A stretch of DNA of 32,000 nt from Thermodesulfobacteriota bacterium. Its GTDB lineage: Bacteria; Desulfobacterota; WTBG01; JAGOGO01. The translations under genes were made by a program, and so were the position numbers. Under the pieces are notes generated by a model. The model was not told the origin of the DNA and did no database searches. It saw only the letters and a program-made list of their open reading frames with translations. Positions within the stretch are counted from its first letter, which is position 1. The number at the start of each line of letters is the position of its first letter. Positions 1 to 9,130 of this stretch are shown piece after piece. The stretch is taken from the NCBI GenBank assembly GCA_026625185.1, contig CP113000.1, forward strand, positions 1,695,622-1,727,621. The letters are read 5' to 3'.

Positions 1-857
1 TTACTTCGGTCTACCTTTTGGTTGGTGACACTCTTGCTCTCATTGATAGTGGTTCACCTAAATCAACTCCTTTGATTTTAGAGAGTATAAATTCTTTAGG
101 CTATAATCCTAAGGATGTTACCAAAATAATTCTTTCTCACATTCATTTCGACCATGGTTCCGGCGCTGGAGAACTATTGAAATTTATGCCTCAAGCCTCA
201 GTCTATGCTCACTATAGTGGCTGTAAACACCTCATTGACCCCTCACGTCTAACCATAAGTGCTAAAAAGGTGTTTGGGAAAAAGATTGAAGAATGGTACG
301 GTTGGTTTGCGTCTGTTCCGAAAGAAAGGATTGTTCCGATAAATGATGGAGATATTATAGAATTAGGGGCCAACTATAAACTCAGAGTTTTAGAAACTTC
401 CGGACACGCCAAACATGAAATTTGTCTTTACGATCCGGCAAGTGGAGGATTATTTGTTGGGGACGAGGCTGGCATATATTTCCCTGAAGCTTCAGCCATA
501 ATTCCCGCCTCACCTCCTCCTGATTTTGACCCTGACCATAACATAGAAACTATCAAGCGATTACAGGCCCTCAGACCGGAACAACTTTTTTTTGCTCACT
601 ATTTAACAACCAAAGTGGTGGATGAAACTCTAAGAGCTTATATTGATATTCTGAGTTCTTGGAAGAAAATCGTTGAAGGTGCATTAAACGAAGGGCTTGA
701 TTTTGACGCTATAGTCAATGCTCTAATAATCCATGCTGCAAAGGTATTAAAAGGCATAGAAAGGCGTGAAGATTTACATGCATTTATTAGGGATCACCAT
801 ATTCCTATGTGTGCAAATGGGTATATTCATTATTTTAAAAAAACAAGACAAAAGTAA
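1..857 (+). CDS. MBL-fold metallo-hydrolase (5' end probably off-window)
   Basis: The frame is open back to position 3 with no upstream stop, so the listed TTG at 18 is probably internal. HIHFDHGSG (HxHxDH) zinc motif, then SGHAKHE and GDEAG motifs typical of the metallo-beta-lactamase fold. Confidence 0.8.
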   Translation, partial: TSVYLLVGDTLALIDSGSPKSTPLILESINSLGYNPKDVTKIILSHIHFDHGSGAGELLKFMPQASVYAHYSGCKHLIDPSRLTISAKKVFGKKIEEWYGWFASVPKERIVPINDGDIIELGANYKLRVLETSGHAKHEICLYDPASGGLFVGDEAGIYFPEASAIIPASPPPDFDPDHNIETIKRLQALRPEQLFFAHYLTTKVVDETLRAYIDILSSWKKIVEGALNEGLDFDAIVNALIIHAAKVLKGIERREDLHAFIRDHHIPMCANGYIHYFKKTRQK

Positions 858-877
858 AAACTTTTGTCTTGTTTTCC
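841..877 (+). terminator. Hairpin terminator overlapping the MBL stop codon
   Basis: Perfect 14-bp stem AAACAAGACAAAAG (841-854) / CTTTTGTCTTGTTT (861-874). The 6-nt loop TAAAAA contains the TAA stop. The T-rich 3' arm doubles as the U-tract. Confidence 0.55.
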
Positions 878-962
878 ATCAAACTTTTTAAAATTATGAA
901 AAAGGTTTAAATTCGAGGTCCTTTTTTATTGGCTTTAAAAAAGAAATAATATAAGCCAAAAT

Positions 963-1664
963 TCACTTGGATAAATTTTTCAGTTCGTTCCGAGCTTTAT
1001 CCGACTGAGGAGTGTTCGGATACTTGTCGATGACTTGCTGCAGGATAAATCGTGCATTATCCTTCTCTCCCAGAAGTTTAAAGCAAATACCTTGCTTTAC
1101 TAAAGCCTCCGGCACTTTATTTCCCTGAGGATATTTGCTAACCGCATCATCAAAAGCAAAAATAGCTTCTATGGTTTTTCCTTCCTTAAAATAGGTCTCC
1201 CCGATCCAGTACTGAGCATCACCTGCCAATTTTGATTGAGGAAATTGCTCGATAAAATTTGAAAATGCTATTTCCGATTCAGGATAACGACCTTCTTTAA
1301 AAATACGGCAGGCATCATTATAAATTTTTTCAGGATCCAAAGGGGTAGTCGGTGGACTTGAAGACACGCAAACTGGTTTATTTTTTTCCAAAGAACCAAT
1401 ACGTGCCCTTATTTCATTCAAGCTTTTATTTGCCGAACACTGGTTTTCATCAACCCGACGGAGGTTGTTTTGTAAATCATCAACTTGTGCTGATAGTTCG
1501 GCTAGCTGTTTTCTAACATCCGTGAAGCTTTGGTTTTCTTTTTTGAGATCTGCAACATCTGATTTGAGGGTATCTATATCCTCATTCATCCGATCTAAAC
1601 TTGCACAGGCGGTGAAAGATAGTAACGGTAGGATCAACAAAATTAGTTTTATTTTAATGAGCAT
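963..1664 (-). CDS. cpoB: Tol-Pal associated cell-division coordinator CpoB/YbgF-like protein
   Basis: N-terminal signal with a possible lipobox (LLSFTAC) and a coiled-coil region (DTLKSDVADLKKEN...VDDLQNNLRRVDEN). C-terminal YbgF-type TPR domain (AQYWIGETYFKEGK, KYPQGNKVPEALVKQGICF, VIDKYPNTPQSDKARNEL). Confidence 0.75.
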   Translation of the reverse strand: MLIKIKLILLILPLLSFTACASLDRMNEDIDTLKSDVADLKKENQSFTDVRKQLAELSAQVDDLQNNLRRVDENQCSANKSLNEIRARIGSLEKNKPVCVSSSPPTTPLDPEKIYNDACRIFKEGRYPESEIAFSNFIEQFPQSKLAGDAQYWIGETYFKEGKTIEAIFAFDDAVSKYPQGNKVPEALVKQGICFKLLGEKDNARFILQQVIDKYPNTPQSDKARNELKNLSK

Positions 1665-1830
1665 AATTTTAGGCCTTTATATTTTGGTTATTCGCTGGCG
1701 AAAATAAATTTTTCCCGGTGCACATTTTGTTAATTTACTACTTCAAAATCAAGCCGCCGAACTTTGTGAAGGCGACTTCGTCATGGTATCCCTTTATTAA
1801 AATAAAATGTTTTCCCAACAAATCTTTTGA

Positions 1831-2763
1831 TTATCCAAAGTGCGCATCAAGGGGCAAAGGATGTCCTCGAAGGAAGAGCGCGGAAGACATTCGCTTATGG
1901 TTTTCTAATTGAATTTCCGTAATAAGAATATGACCTTCACCAGTTGCGACCAAGACACCTTCATCAGAGGTCTTTACGACCTTGCCCGACTCGTGGGAAG
2001 AGCCTTGTATAATGTGTTTTGCTTGCAAAACTTTTAAAATTTTCCCTTCTAAATAAGTGAATGCGCCCGGCCAGGGATTCATTCCTCGAATTTGATTATA
2101 AATTTTTTCTGCTGGTTTTTTCCAGTCAATAACTCCATCCTCTTTTTTCAGAGGCGGAGCATAAGAAGCCTCAGATTCCTCCTGCCCGGAAGAGGTTAAT
2201 CCTCCTTGCTTTAATCTCTCAACAGTTTCCTTCAGGAGTGTAGCCCCTAAAAAAGCCAAACGGTCATGAAGTTCTCCCGCATTTTCTTCGGGAAAAATTT
2301 CAAGCTTTCTCTGGAGTAAAATATTTCCCGTATCAAGCCCTTTATCCATTAACATGACCGTTACCCCCGTTTCTTTCTCCCCCTGGATGATTACCCAGTT
2401 TATCGGTGCTGCTCCCCGATATTTTGGCAAAAGAGAAGCGTGGACGTTGATAGCGCCGAATCTCGGAATATCTAAAATCCGCTGGGAGATAATTTGTCCA
2501 AAGGCAGCAACAACAATAATATCCGGAGATAAACTTTTAATGATATCAACAGATTCATCTCGGTTGATCTTTACCGGCTGAAAGAGAGGAAGATGATTTT
2601 CTAAGGCTACCCCTTTGATCGGTGAAACTTTAATTTTAAGACCCCGTCCTTGGGGTTTATCTGGTTGGGTAAAAACACCGACAATATTTTCACCTTTTGC
2701 TAACAAAATTTTCAAAGAGGGAACCGCAAAAGGAGAGGTCCCCATAAATAAAATCCGAAACAT
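1831..2763 (-). CDS. fmt: Methionyl-tRNA formyltransferase
   Basis: MFRILFMGTSPFAVPSL N-terminus and HASLLPKYRGAAPINW formyltransferase motif, with the C-terminal Fmt domain. I prefer ATG at 2763 (GGAAG SD, 14 nt after the upstream stop) over the listed TTG at 2775. Confidence 0.92.
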   Translation of the reverse strand: MFRILFMGTSPFAVPSLKILLAKGENIVGVFTQPDKPQGRGLKIKVSPIKGVALENHLPLFQPVKINRDESVDIIKSLSPDIIVVAAFGQIISQRILDIPRFGAINVHASLLPKYRGAAPINWVIIQGEKETGVTVMLMDKGLDTGNILLQRKLEIFPEENAGELHDRLAFLGATLLKETVERLKQGGLTSSGQEESEASYAPPLKKEDGVIDWKKPAEKIYNQIRGMNPWPGAFTYLEGKILKVLQAKHIIQGSSHESGKVVKTSDEGVLVATGEGHILITEIQLENHKRMSSALFLRGHPLPLDAHFG

Positions 2764-2776
2764 TTCTTCCTGCAAT

Positions 2777-3685
2777 TTAAATTTCCTTGAAGCAAGTCAA
2801 GTTTAAGAATTCAGTAAAACGGTTGGAAACTTCTTGATCGGTTAAGATACGGAGTCGCTCCACGCTAAACTGCTCTACACAAAATGAGGCCATAACGCTC
2901 CCAAAAATGATTGCCTGACGAATCCCCACATCACTGAGGTTCTGGCATTTAGCCAGGTACCCCATAAAGCCTCCGGCAAAACTATCACCGGCTCCCGTGG
3001 GATCAAGCGTTACCTCAAGCGGATATGCGGGAGCGGAAAAGATAGAAGAATTGGTGAACAGTAACGCCCCATACGTCCCCTGTTTTACGATCAGGTATTT
3101 GGGGCCGAAGACTGAGATTACTCGGGCGGCCTTAACCAAATTATATTCTTTAGCAAGCTCCCGGGCTTCGGATTCATTGATGATTAGAATATCTACGAGT
3201 TTGATGGTCTCTTTTAAAGCATCCGGCTTATTTTCGATCCAAAAGTTCATGGTATCCAGGGCAACCACCTTAGGTTTATGGACCTGTTTTAACACGTTAA
3301 ACTGAAGTTCCGGATCGATATTAGCTAAAAAAACATATTCTAAATCCCGATACGCTTCCGGAATATCCGGGCTGAATTTCTCAAAAACGTTGAGCTTGGT
3401 ATCAAGCGTGTGAGCTTCGTTGAGATCATACCCATACCTTCCCTTCCAATGGAAGGTTGCTCCGTCCTCCTGTTTTAACCCGCGTAGATCAATGTTTCGT
3501 TCCCGGAGAATATTTAAATGGCTTTCAGGGAAGTCTTTCCCCACCACTCCTACCAAAAATACTTCCGTAAAAAAACTCGCGGCCACAGAAAAATAGACTG
3601 CTGATCCTCCTAACACTTTATCCGCTTTTCCAAAAGGCGTTTCAATCGTATCGAATGCTAATGAACCAACAACTAAAATACTCAT
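2777..3685 (-). CDS. PfkB-family carbohydrate/nucleoside kinase
   Basis: Ribokinase-fold signature DPTGAGDSFAGGF near the C-terminus and a GGSA(V)Y-type N-terminal motif. Its start overlaps the upstream stop (ATGA at 3682-3685). Confidence 0.85.
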   Translation of the reverse strand: MSILVVGSLAFDTIETPFGKADKVLGGSAVYFSVAASFFTEVFLVGVVGKDFPESHLNILRERNIDLRGLKQEDGATFHWKGRYGYDLNEAHTLDTKLNVFEKFSPDIPEAYRDLEYVFLANIDPELQFNVLKQVHKPKVVALDTMNFWIENKPDALKETIKLVDILIINESEARELAKEYNLVKAARVISVFGPKYLIVKQGTYGALLFTNSSIFSAPAYPLEVTLDPTGAGDSFAGGFMGYLAKCQNLSDVGIRQAIIFGSVMASFCVEQFSVERLRILTDQEVSNRFTEFLNLTCFKEI

Positions 3686-4617
3686 GGTCTTTTCTCAGTT
3701 CCTGTATAAGAATTAGATTCTGCTGCTGCTTCCTTCCATACTTCCAGGTTTTTAGGTTCTTCATCCCGCAGCTTCACCGTGTCCCTGCCAAAAACAACGC
3801 TGAGCACCTCGCCCGACTTGCCAAAAGGTTTTAAAGGCGCCCCATTAACAGTTACTTTTATTCCTCCCGCGTTTCCGAGTTTTAATTCTATCTTCTCTTT
3901 CCATTCCCACGAAAACTCATCCCCAGGGAAAAGAAAAATCTGGGATGGTTGTCCATTGTCAATTACGTATCCTACCCATGTAGTAGCATAACACTTTGCT
4001 TGCATGTGAACGGGAAGAGGAAGAGCAGGAGAAGAAACAGCCGATGGTTCAGCAACTCCACTCTTTTCCTCAGAAGAAAAGGGCGCGGAGGAGGATCGAT
4101 TCTCCAAAGCCGGGGTTTCTCCTGCAACCGGAGAGGTCACTGCTTCCAAGTTGGTTGCCTCCTTTGGGATACGGGTTTGGTTCACTGAAGTGGTTTGTGC
4201 TTTTTTTGAACTGTTTTTTTTCTGAGTCTCAAAACTGGGCTTGTTTTCGGAAGAGTTTCTTAAAAAATATTGGTAACCTAATAGAATCGCTAAGGCAAAT
4301 ACTAAGATCAGAAAAATATAAGGGGCACTAAATTTTATTTTTTTCCTAACTTGCAATTCCTCTGGGGTTATATGCGCTTTCTTGCCGGCGCCTGACCCAT
4401 TATATAAATCCAATAATTCCCTTTCATCCAACCCAATATAGCGTGCATAATTGCGGATAAAACCTCGAATAAAAACTGGGGGGGGAAAAAATTCAGATTG
4501 GTCATTTTCTATGGCAGTTAAAATGCCTTTATTTATTTTGGTGGCTTGCACCACGTCGTCTAAGGAGATATTTTTTTCTTCTCTCCCTCTTTTTAACCGT
4601 TCGCCTAAGGTCTCCAT
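3682..4617 (-). CDS. rodZ: RodZ-like cytoskeleton protein (HTH + TM + DUF4115-like C-terminus)
   Basis: N-terminal XRE-type HTH (LGERLKRGREEKNISLDDVVQATKI), one TM segment (YIFLILVFALAILLGY), a low-complexity S/P/E linker and a C-terminal beta-rich domain (LKLGNAGGIKVTVNG). ATG at 4617 has an AAGGA SD; the listed TTG at 4638 is less likely. Confidence 0.7.
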   Translation of the reverse strand: METLGERLKRGREEKNISLDDVVQATKINKGILTAIENDQSEFFPPPVFIRGFIRNYARYIGLDERELLDLYNGSGAGKKAHITPEELQVRKKIKFSAPYIFLILVFALAILLGYQYFLRNSSENKPSFETQKKNSSKKAQTTSVNQTRIPKEATNLEAVTSPVAGETPALENRSSSAPFSSEEKSGVAEPSAVSSPALPLPVHMQAKCYATTWVGYVIDNGQPSQIFLFPGDEFSWEWKEKIELKLGNAGGIKVTVNGAPLKPFGKSGEVLSVVFGRDTVKLRDEEPKNLEVWKEAAAESNSYTGTEKRP

Positions 4618-4867
4618 ATTTAATTCCTTTATTTCCAACTAATTAGAACGAATCATTCATGACATTAGTAACATAAATTTCTAAAGAAAACAAGTTAAAG
4701 CTAAGAAGACGAAAGGTTTTTTTCAATCTCATAAACTAATCGAATTTTTTTAACTAAAAGACAGGTAAGCCACTGGTTTGACCATTGGACTCATAAAGTT
4801 TGACATTTAGATTTAGTATAAAATGCCTCCTTTGGAGCTTGGCGGCATCCCAGAGGAGGCGAAAGAA

Positions 4868-5123
4868 ATGTCATATGAGAATTTAAGTCATACGAAATGG
4901 AATTGGGAGTATAATTTAGTTTTTGTTCCGAAGGGACGAAAAAAAGTGCTTTATGGGAAAATCAGGGAATTTCTTGGTCCGGTTTTTTTGGGAATTGGCT
5001 CAGCAAAGGAAATCTGAAATTATCGAGGGGCATATGGTTTAAGATCATGTGCATCTGTTGATAAAGATACCGCCAAAGCATGCGGTAGCAGAGGTGATAG
5101 AATACGTAAAGAGGAAAAGTTAA
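4868..5123 (+). pseudogene. IS200/IS605-family Y1 transposase (TnpA) remnant
   Basis: MSYENLSHTKWNWEYNLVFVPKGRKKVLYGKIREFLGPVF matches the TnpA N-terminus. After a frameshift at about 5016 the next frame reads EIIEGHMV*DHVHLLIKIPPKHAVAEVIEYVKRKS*, with the HUH motif HVHLL intact but an in-frame TAA. The C-terminal third carrying the catalytic Tyr is missing. Confidence 0.75.
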
Positions 5124-5130
5124 CGCTTAC

Positions 5131-6093
5131 TTAAAACCCTCTTTTCTGTTTCAGTTCTTCACTAACGAGGAGTTCGTAAAGCTTGTTTGCCGGTATCACG
5201 GCAGCGATCCCCGCATTAGAAAACGGGATAGATATTTTATTGTTTCCGGCAATCGGGGATGCGTCGCCGAAAGTCCCCTGGATAACACCCGCAAGTTTGA
5301 GCGTTGGCGCACGGCCGCCTTCCCAGAAAAAAAACACCGGCGCGCCGCTGTCTTCTCCATATGAACCGGTCTCGATAAGGTACAGAGCAGTCGGCTTGCC
5401 CTGCCGCCCTATTTTTTCATCAGTAATCAGAGCAAAACGGCCATACCGGAAAAAGGGATAACTTCCTCCTTGTCCGGAATAAAGGAATAAGAGACTCGGG
5501 TAGAAAACTTCAACCCCTTCATAAAGTTTGAGTTTAGCGGAATCTTCTTTGGGCAGGAAGAATTCGTCAGGGATGAAGTTGAAATCAAATTTTTTCTGAT
5601 CAGGGCCTCCCGGCATGATTGCAATGTCAACCGAGGGGTCGGAATGCATAAAGACTGTTTTATTACCGCCCTCGACATTAACGGGGATACCAGTCAGATC
5701 TGAGCCGCCGTCTTTTTTATTTAAACGAATATATATGGTGTCAACAAATTTAGTTGTTCCCGTCTGGTACAAAACGTGTTTAGCAGTCACCAGGCACAGG
5801 GAAACCTTGCCCGGCATGGATGGGATTTTCAGGCCCACAAAAAAACCCGTGCCCTTCGGGATGAACGTCTCTGCATTTTTGGCAAAAATATACGTGGAAG
5901 CCCCTTTGATTTTAGCAAGTATGGGGTCTTCGGCCCCTTTGGCTTTTTTAGCAAGCAGGGGATCTTCGGCCCCTTTGACTTCGGATACGAACATAAATAA
6001 AAACGCAATAACAACATTCAGCGCTAAACCTCTGCTTCTCATTTTTTCCCTCGCCGGCAACATGGTAAGTAAATTAAATTTTGCCTCATTCAT
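5131..6093 (-). CDS. Secreted/membrane-anchored trypsin-like (S1/Trypsin_2-type) serine protease
   Basis: Hydrophobic N-terminal anchor (LALNVVIAFLFMFV). Candidate triad in the canonical order: TAKHV (His), SVDIAIM (Asp), GEDSGAPVF (Ser). Short internal duplication KGAEDPLLAKKA / KGAEDPILAKIK. The start codon is uncertain (several in-frame Met). Confidence 0.7.
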   Translation of the reverse strand: MNEAKFNLLTMLPAREKMRSRGLALNVVIAFLFMFVSEVKGAEDPLLAKKAKGAEDPILAKIKGASTYIFAKNAETFIPKGTGFFVGLKIPSMPGKVSLCLVTAKHVLYQTGTTKFVDTIYIRLNKKDGGSDLTGIPVNVEGGNKTVFMHSDPSVDIAIMPGGPDQKKFDFNFIPDEFFLPKEDSAKLKLYEGVEVFYPSLLFLYSGQGGSYPFFRYGRFALITDEKIGRQGKPTALYLIETGSYGEDSGAPVFFFWEGGRAPTLKLAGVIQGTFGDASPIAGNNKISIPFSNAGIAAVIPANKLYELLVSEELKQKRGF

Positions 6094-6170
6094 CTCCGGG
6101 TGGCAATGCGGCCCTCATTATCAGTGATGGTAACGGCTGTTCTCTCCGCCACGGGCCGCTTGGATTTCCG

Positions 6171-6187
6171 GTTTGATTAAATCAAAC
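6171..6187. promoter_or_regulatory. 17-nt palindrome in a divergent intergenic region (candidate operator)
   Basis: GTTTGATT-A-AATCAAAC: perfect 8-bp arms around a single central base. It lies between the divergently transcribed protease (5131-6093) and TPR gene (6489). Confidence 0.3.
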
Positions 6188-6488
6188 TTTGAACTTTTTA
6201 TATAATATATTTTTTTAATCTTATCAATTAGCAACAAAACGAAACAGTTAACCAACTACTTTTATCGATATTTGCAATTCTATCAACTTTTAGATATTTT
6301 TATTTATTTTTAGTTTAAGTGATTCAAAAAAACACAATAAAACCTCTCTATCTCCTTATGCTACCCGTACTTTGTCAAACGCGGTTGAGGAAGATTAGGT
6401 GAGTAAGAGGCATTTTATAGTATTTTTTTTTGACTCAATTGTGGTATTGTTTTTTCTTTGTTATTTCAAATAAAACTGTGAGGCAATT

Positions 6489-7229
6489 ATGAACAATAAA
6501 ATAATAAATTTTCTGACGCTATCCCTGATTTTTCTTTTCTTTTTGTTTTCCTCTTCTGCTTTTGCTCAGATAGCTGTTTCCCCTGGAGAAGACCCTTTTG
6601 TGAGCGGAATGAAATTTTTTAAGGCATCCCGCTTTGAACAAGCCCGGTCGTATTTTGAAAAAGCGGCAAAAAAGAACCCCAAAAATCCCAAGGCTTATTT
6701 TTACTTTGGCCTCTGCGATGTCAGCCTCGGCCGCAATGACGAAGCGATCTGGTCATTTAATAAGGTAATCAGCTTGAAACCAGATGATGCTTATGCTTAC
6801 AATAATCTCGGATTAGTGTATAGCAAAATGGGCCGCGGCAAAGAATCGATCGAGTCATTCAAGAAGGCGATCAGCTTGAAACCAGCCTATACTTTTGCCC
6901 ATTTTAATCTCGGATTAGAGTATGGCAAAGCTGGCCACCATAATGAAGCGGCTGAAGCGTTCAAGAAGGTTACCGTCTTGAAGCCGGATTTTGTTGATGC
7001 CCATGATAATCTGGGATTAGCCTACACCAACCTTGGTCGCCATAAGGAAGCCGTGGAGGAGTTCAAGAAGGCGATCAGCTTGAAGCCGAATTATGCTTTG
7101 GCGCACTTGCATCTCGGATTAGCATATGTATCGCTCGGCAAAAAAGACTTAGCGCGGGGAGAATATAACAATCTTAAAAAATTAAATCCCCAGCAAGCAG
7201 ATGCGCTTTTAAAGGCGATTAACCGTTGA
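6489..7229 (+). CDS. Secreted tetratricopeptide-repeat (TPR) protein
   Basis: Signal peptide (LSLIFLFFLFSSSAFA) followed by about six 34-aa TPR units with the recurring pattern A..(Y/H)(F/N)NLG.(A/V)Y...G...EA(I/V)E.FKKAI.LKP. Confidence 0.85.
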   Translation: MNNKIINFLTLSLIFLFFLFSSSAFAQIAVSPGEDPFVSGMKFFKASRFEQARSYFEKAAKKNPKNPKAYFYFGLCDVSLGRNDEAIWSFNKVISLKPDDAYAYNNLGLVYSKMGRGKESIESFKKAISLKPAYTFAHFNLGLEYGKAGHHNEAAEAFKKVTVLKPDFVDAHDNLGLAYTNLGRHKEAVEEFKKAISLKPNYALAHLHLGLAYVSLGKKDLARGEYNNLKKLNPQQADALLKAINR

Positions 7230-7387
7230 GAGTTGCCAATCTTGCCCAAATGAGAGATTGCTGCCCGCTTTCCCTCGCAATGACAACCTCAATAAGAATG
7301 ATCGGTTACGGCTATCAAGCCGGTAATATGCTGATAGGGACAACTTTGATAAGTTTTTTTACTCTGAAAAAAAATCGTGAGGTAACG

Positions 7388-9130
7388 ATGAGCAATAAAG
7401 TAAGAAATTTCATGTTCCGGTCCCTGTTTGTTTTTTTCTTTTTCCTTTATTCTTTTGCTTCTGCAAAGGAAAATGTTACTGACATAGCAAAAAAGATTAC
7501 CCCCTCAATCGTCTCAGTCACGACCTTCGATGGGCAAGGTAAAGCCCTTTCGCAGGGAAACGGTTTTTTCATTAACGCCAATGGGGACGTAATCACTAAT
7601 GTTCATATTCTCAAGAATACCAGCCGCGTTGAGATAAAAACCGTTGAAGGCAAGGTATTTCCGGTTAAAGGTCCGGCGGGGTTGGATAAGAAAAATGGCT
7701 TGATCTTGTTTTCTGTGGCTGTGCCGCAGCAGAAGGCCGCCCCGCTTTCCCTAAGCTCCTCGGTTCCCAAGGCAGGAGAAAAAATCTCCGTTATTTCAAA
7801 ACAGGTAGTACTCAACGGCGCTGTCTCAGCGGTTGAGGACATCCCGGGTGCGGGCAAGATACTCCAAATTACTGCGCCACTATCTCCCGGGTTAAGCGGA
7901 AGCCCGGTGGCCAATATGAGAGGCGAGGTCATTGGGATTGCCGCTCTGCAAACAATCCAGGGCCAGAAGCGTGCCGTTGTTATTCCCAATGGACAGATAA
8001 AGCTCAAAAAGCTCGTTTTACAGAAACCGGCGGAAGTTCCTTCCGGGAAACAGGAAAAACCTCCGGTAACGGTTTCTCCGGGAGAAGACCCTTTCGTCAG
8101 CGGAATGAAATTTTTAAAAGCAGCCCGCTTTCAACAAGCCCAGCCGTATTTTGAAAAAGCGGTAAAGCAGAATCCTAAAAATTCCGAAGCATACTTTTAC
8201 AGTGGTCTCTGTTACGGCAACCTTAGCAAGTATAAAGAAGCGATCGAAGCGTTCAAGCAGGCGATCAGCTTAAAACCTGATTTTGCTTTTGCCCACTTAA
8301 ACCTCGGAGTAGCGTATAGCAAGCTTGGCCGCAATAACGAAGCCATCGAGGCATTCAAAAAGGCGGCCAGCTTGAAACCTGATGCACCTACCTACGTTAA
8401 TCTGGGCGGAGCGTATGGCAGCCTTGGCCGCAATGACGAAGCCATCGAGGCATTCAAAAAGGCGATCAGCTTAAAAGCAGATTATGCTGCAGCCCACAAT
8501 AATCTGGGGGCAACCTATGTTAGGCTGGGCCGCTACCATGAGGCAGCCGAGGAATACAAAGAGGCGATCCGCTTGAAGCCTAATTTTGCTGCAGGGTACT
8601 TGAATCTCGGAATAGCGCATATCAACCTTGGCCGCCATGACGAAGCAATCGAGACATTCAAAAAGGCCCTTAGCTTACAGCCGAACTCGGCTGAGGCGCA
8701 TTTTAATCTGGGATTAGCGTATGGCAGCCTTGGCCGCTTCAGTGATGCAACCGGGGCGTTCAAAGAGGCGATCCGTTTGAAGCCTAATTTTGCCTTAGCG
8801 CACCTGAATCTCGGAATAGCGTATGGCAAACTTGGCCGCAACCAAGAAGCGATCGAGGCATTCAAGAAGGCGATCAGCTTAAAAGCAGATTATGCCGAAG
8901 CTTACTATAATCTCGGGTCAGCCTATGGCAACCTTGACCGCCATAAAGAAGCAATCGAGGCATTCAAAAAGGCCGTTAGCTTACAGCCGAATTCTGCTGG
9001 GGCCCACTTTAATTTGGGAATAGCGTATGTATCAATTAATAATAAAGACTCGGCGCAAGAGGAATATAACATTCTTAAAAAATTAAGTCCCCAGCAAGCT
9101 GAGGAGCTTTTGAAGGCGATTGAACAATAA
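7388..9130 (+). CDS. Secreted trypsin-like protease domain fused to a long TPR array
   Basis: ATG at 7388 gives a signal peptide (FRSLFVFFFFLYSFASA); the listed start at 7226 adds an implausible extension. HtrA/Trypsin_2-like N-domain (GNGFFINANGDVITNVHIL, PGLSGSPV, GEVIGI) and a P/K-rich linker. Roughly ten TPR units follow, opening with the same VSPGEDPFVSGMKF motif as the mature end of the 6489 protein. Confidence 0.8.
   Translation: MSNKVRNFMFRSLFVFFFFLYSFASAKENVTDIAKKITPSIVSVTTFDGQGKALSQGNGFFINANGDVITNVHILKNTSRVEIKTVEGKVFPVKGPAGLDKKNGLILFSVAVPQQKAAPLSLSSSVPKAGEKISVISKQVVLNGAVSAVEDIPGAGKILQITAPLSPGLSGSPVANMRGEVIGIAALQTIQGQKRAVVIPNGQIKLKKLVLQKPAEVPSGKQEKPPVTVSPGEDPFVSGMKFLKAARFQQAQPYFEKAVKQNPKNSEAYFYSGLCYGNLSKYKEAIEAFKQAISLKPDFAFAHLNLGVAYSKLGRNNEAIEAFKKAASLKPDAPTYVNLGGAYGSLGRNDEAIEAFKKAISLKADYAAAHNNLGATYVRLGRYHEAAEEYKEAIRLKPNFAAGYLNLGIAHINLGRHDEAIETFKKALSLQPNSAEAHFNLGLAYGSLGRFSDATGAFKEAIRLKPNFALAHLNLGIAYGKLGRNQEAIEAFKKAISLKADYAEAYYNLGSAYGNLDRHKEAIEAFKKAVSLQPNSAGAHFNLGIAYVSINNKDSAQEEYNILKKLSPQQAEELLKAIEQ

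Noticed and set aside
963-1664. cpoB/ybgF-like gene lying away from any tol-pal genes (downstream of fmt instead).
   Set aside because: YbgF-like TPR proteins are found outside tol-pal operons in many lineages. Without genome context this is not evidence of anything unusual.
7226-7387. N-terminal 54-aa extension of the protease-TPR ORF starting inside the previous stop codon.
   Set aside because: The extension translates repeat-derived intergenic DNA homologous to the non-coding 3' flank at 9131-9186. A proper signal peptide begins at the ATG at 7388.
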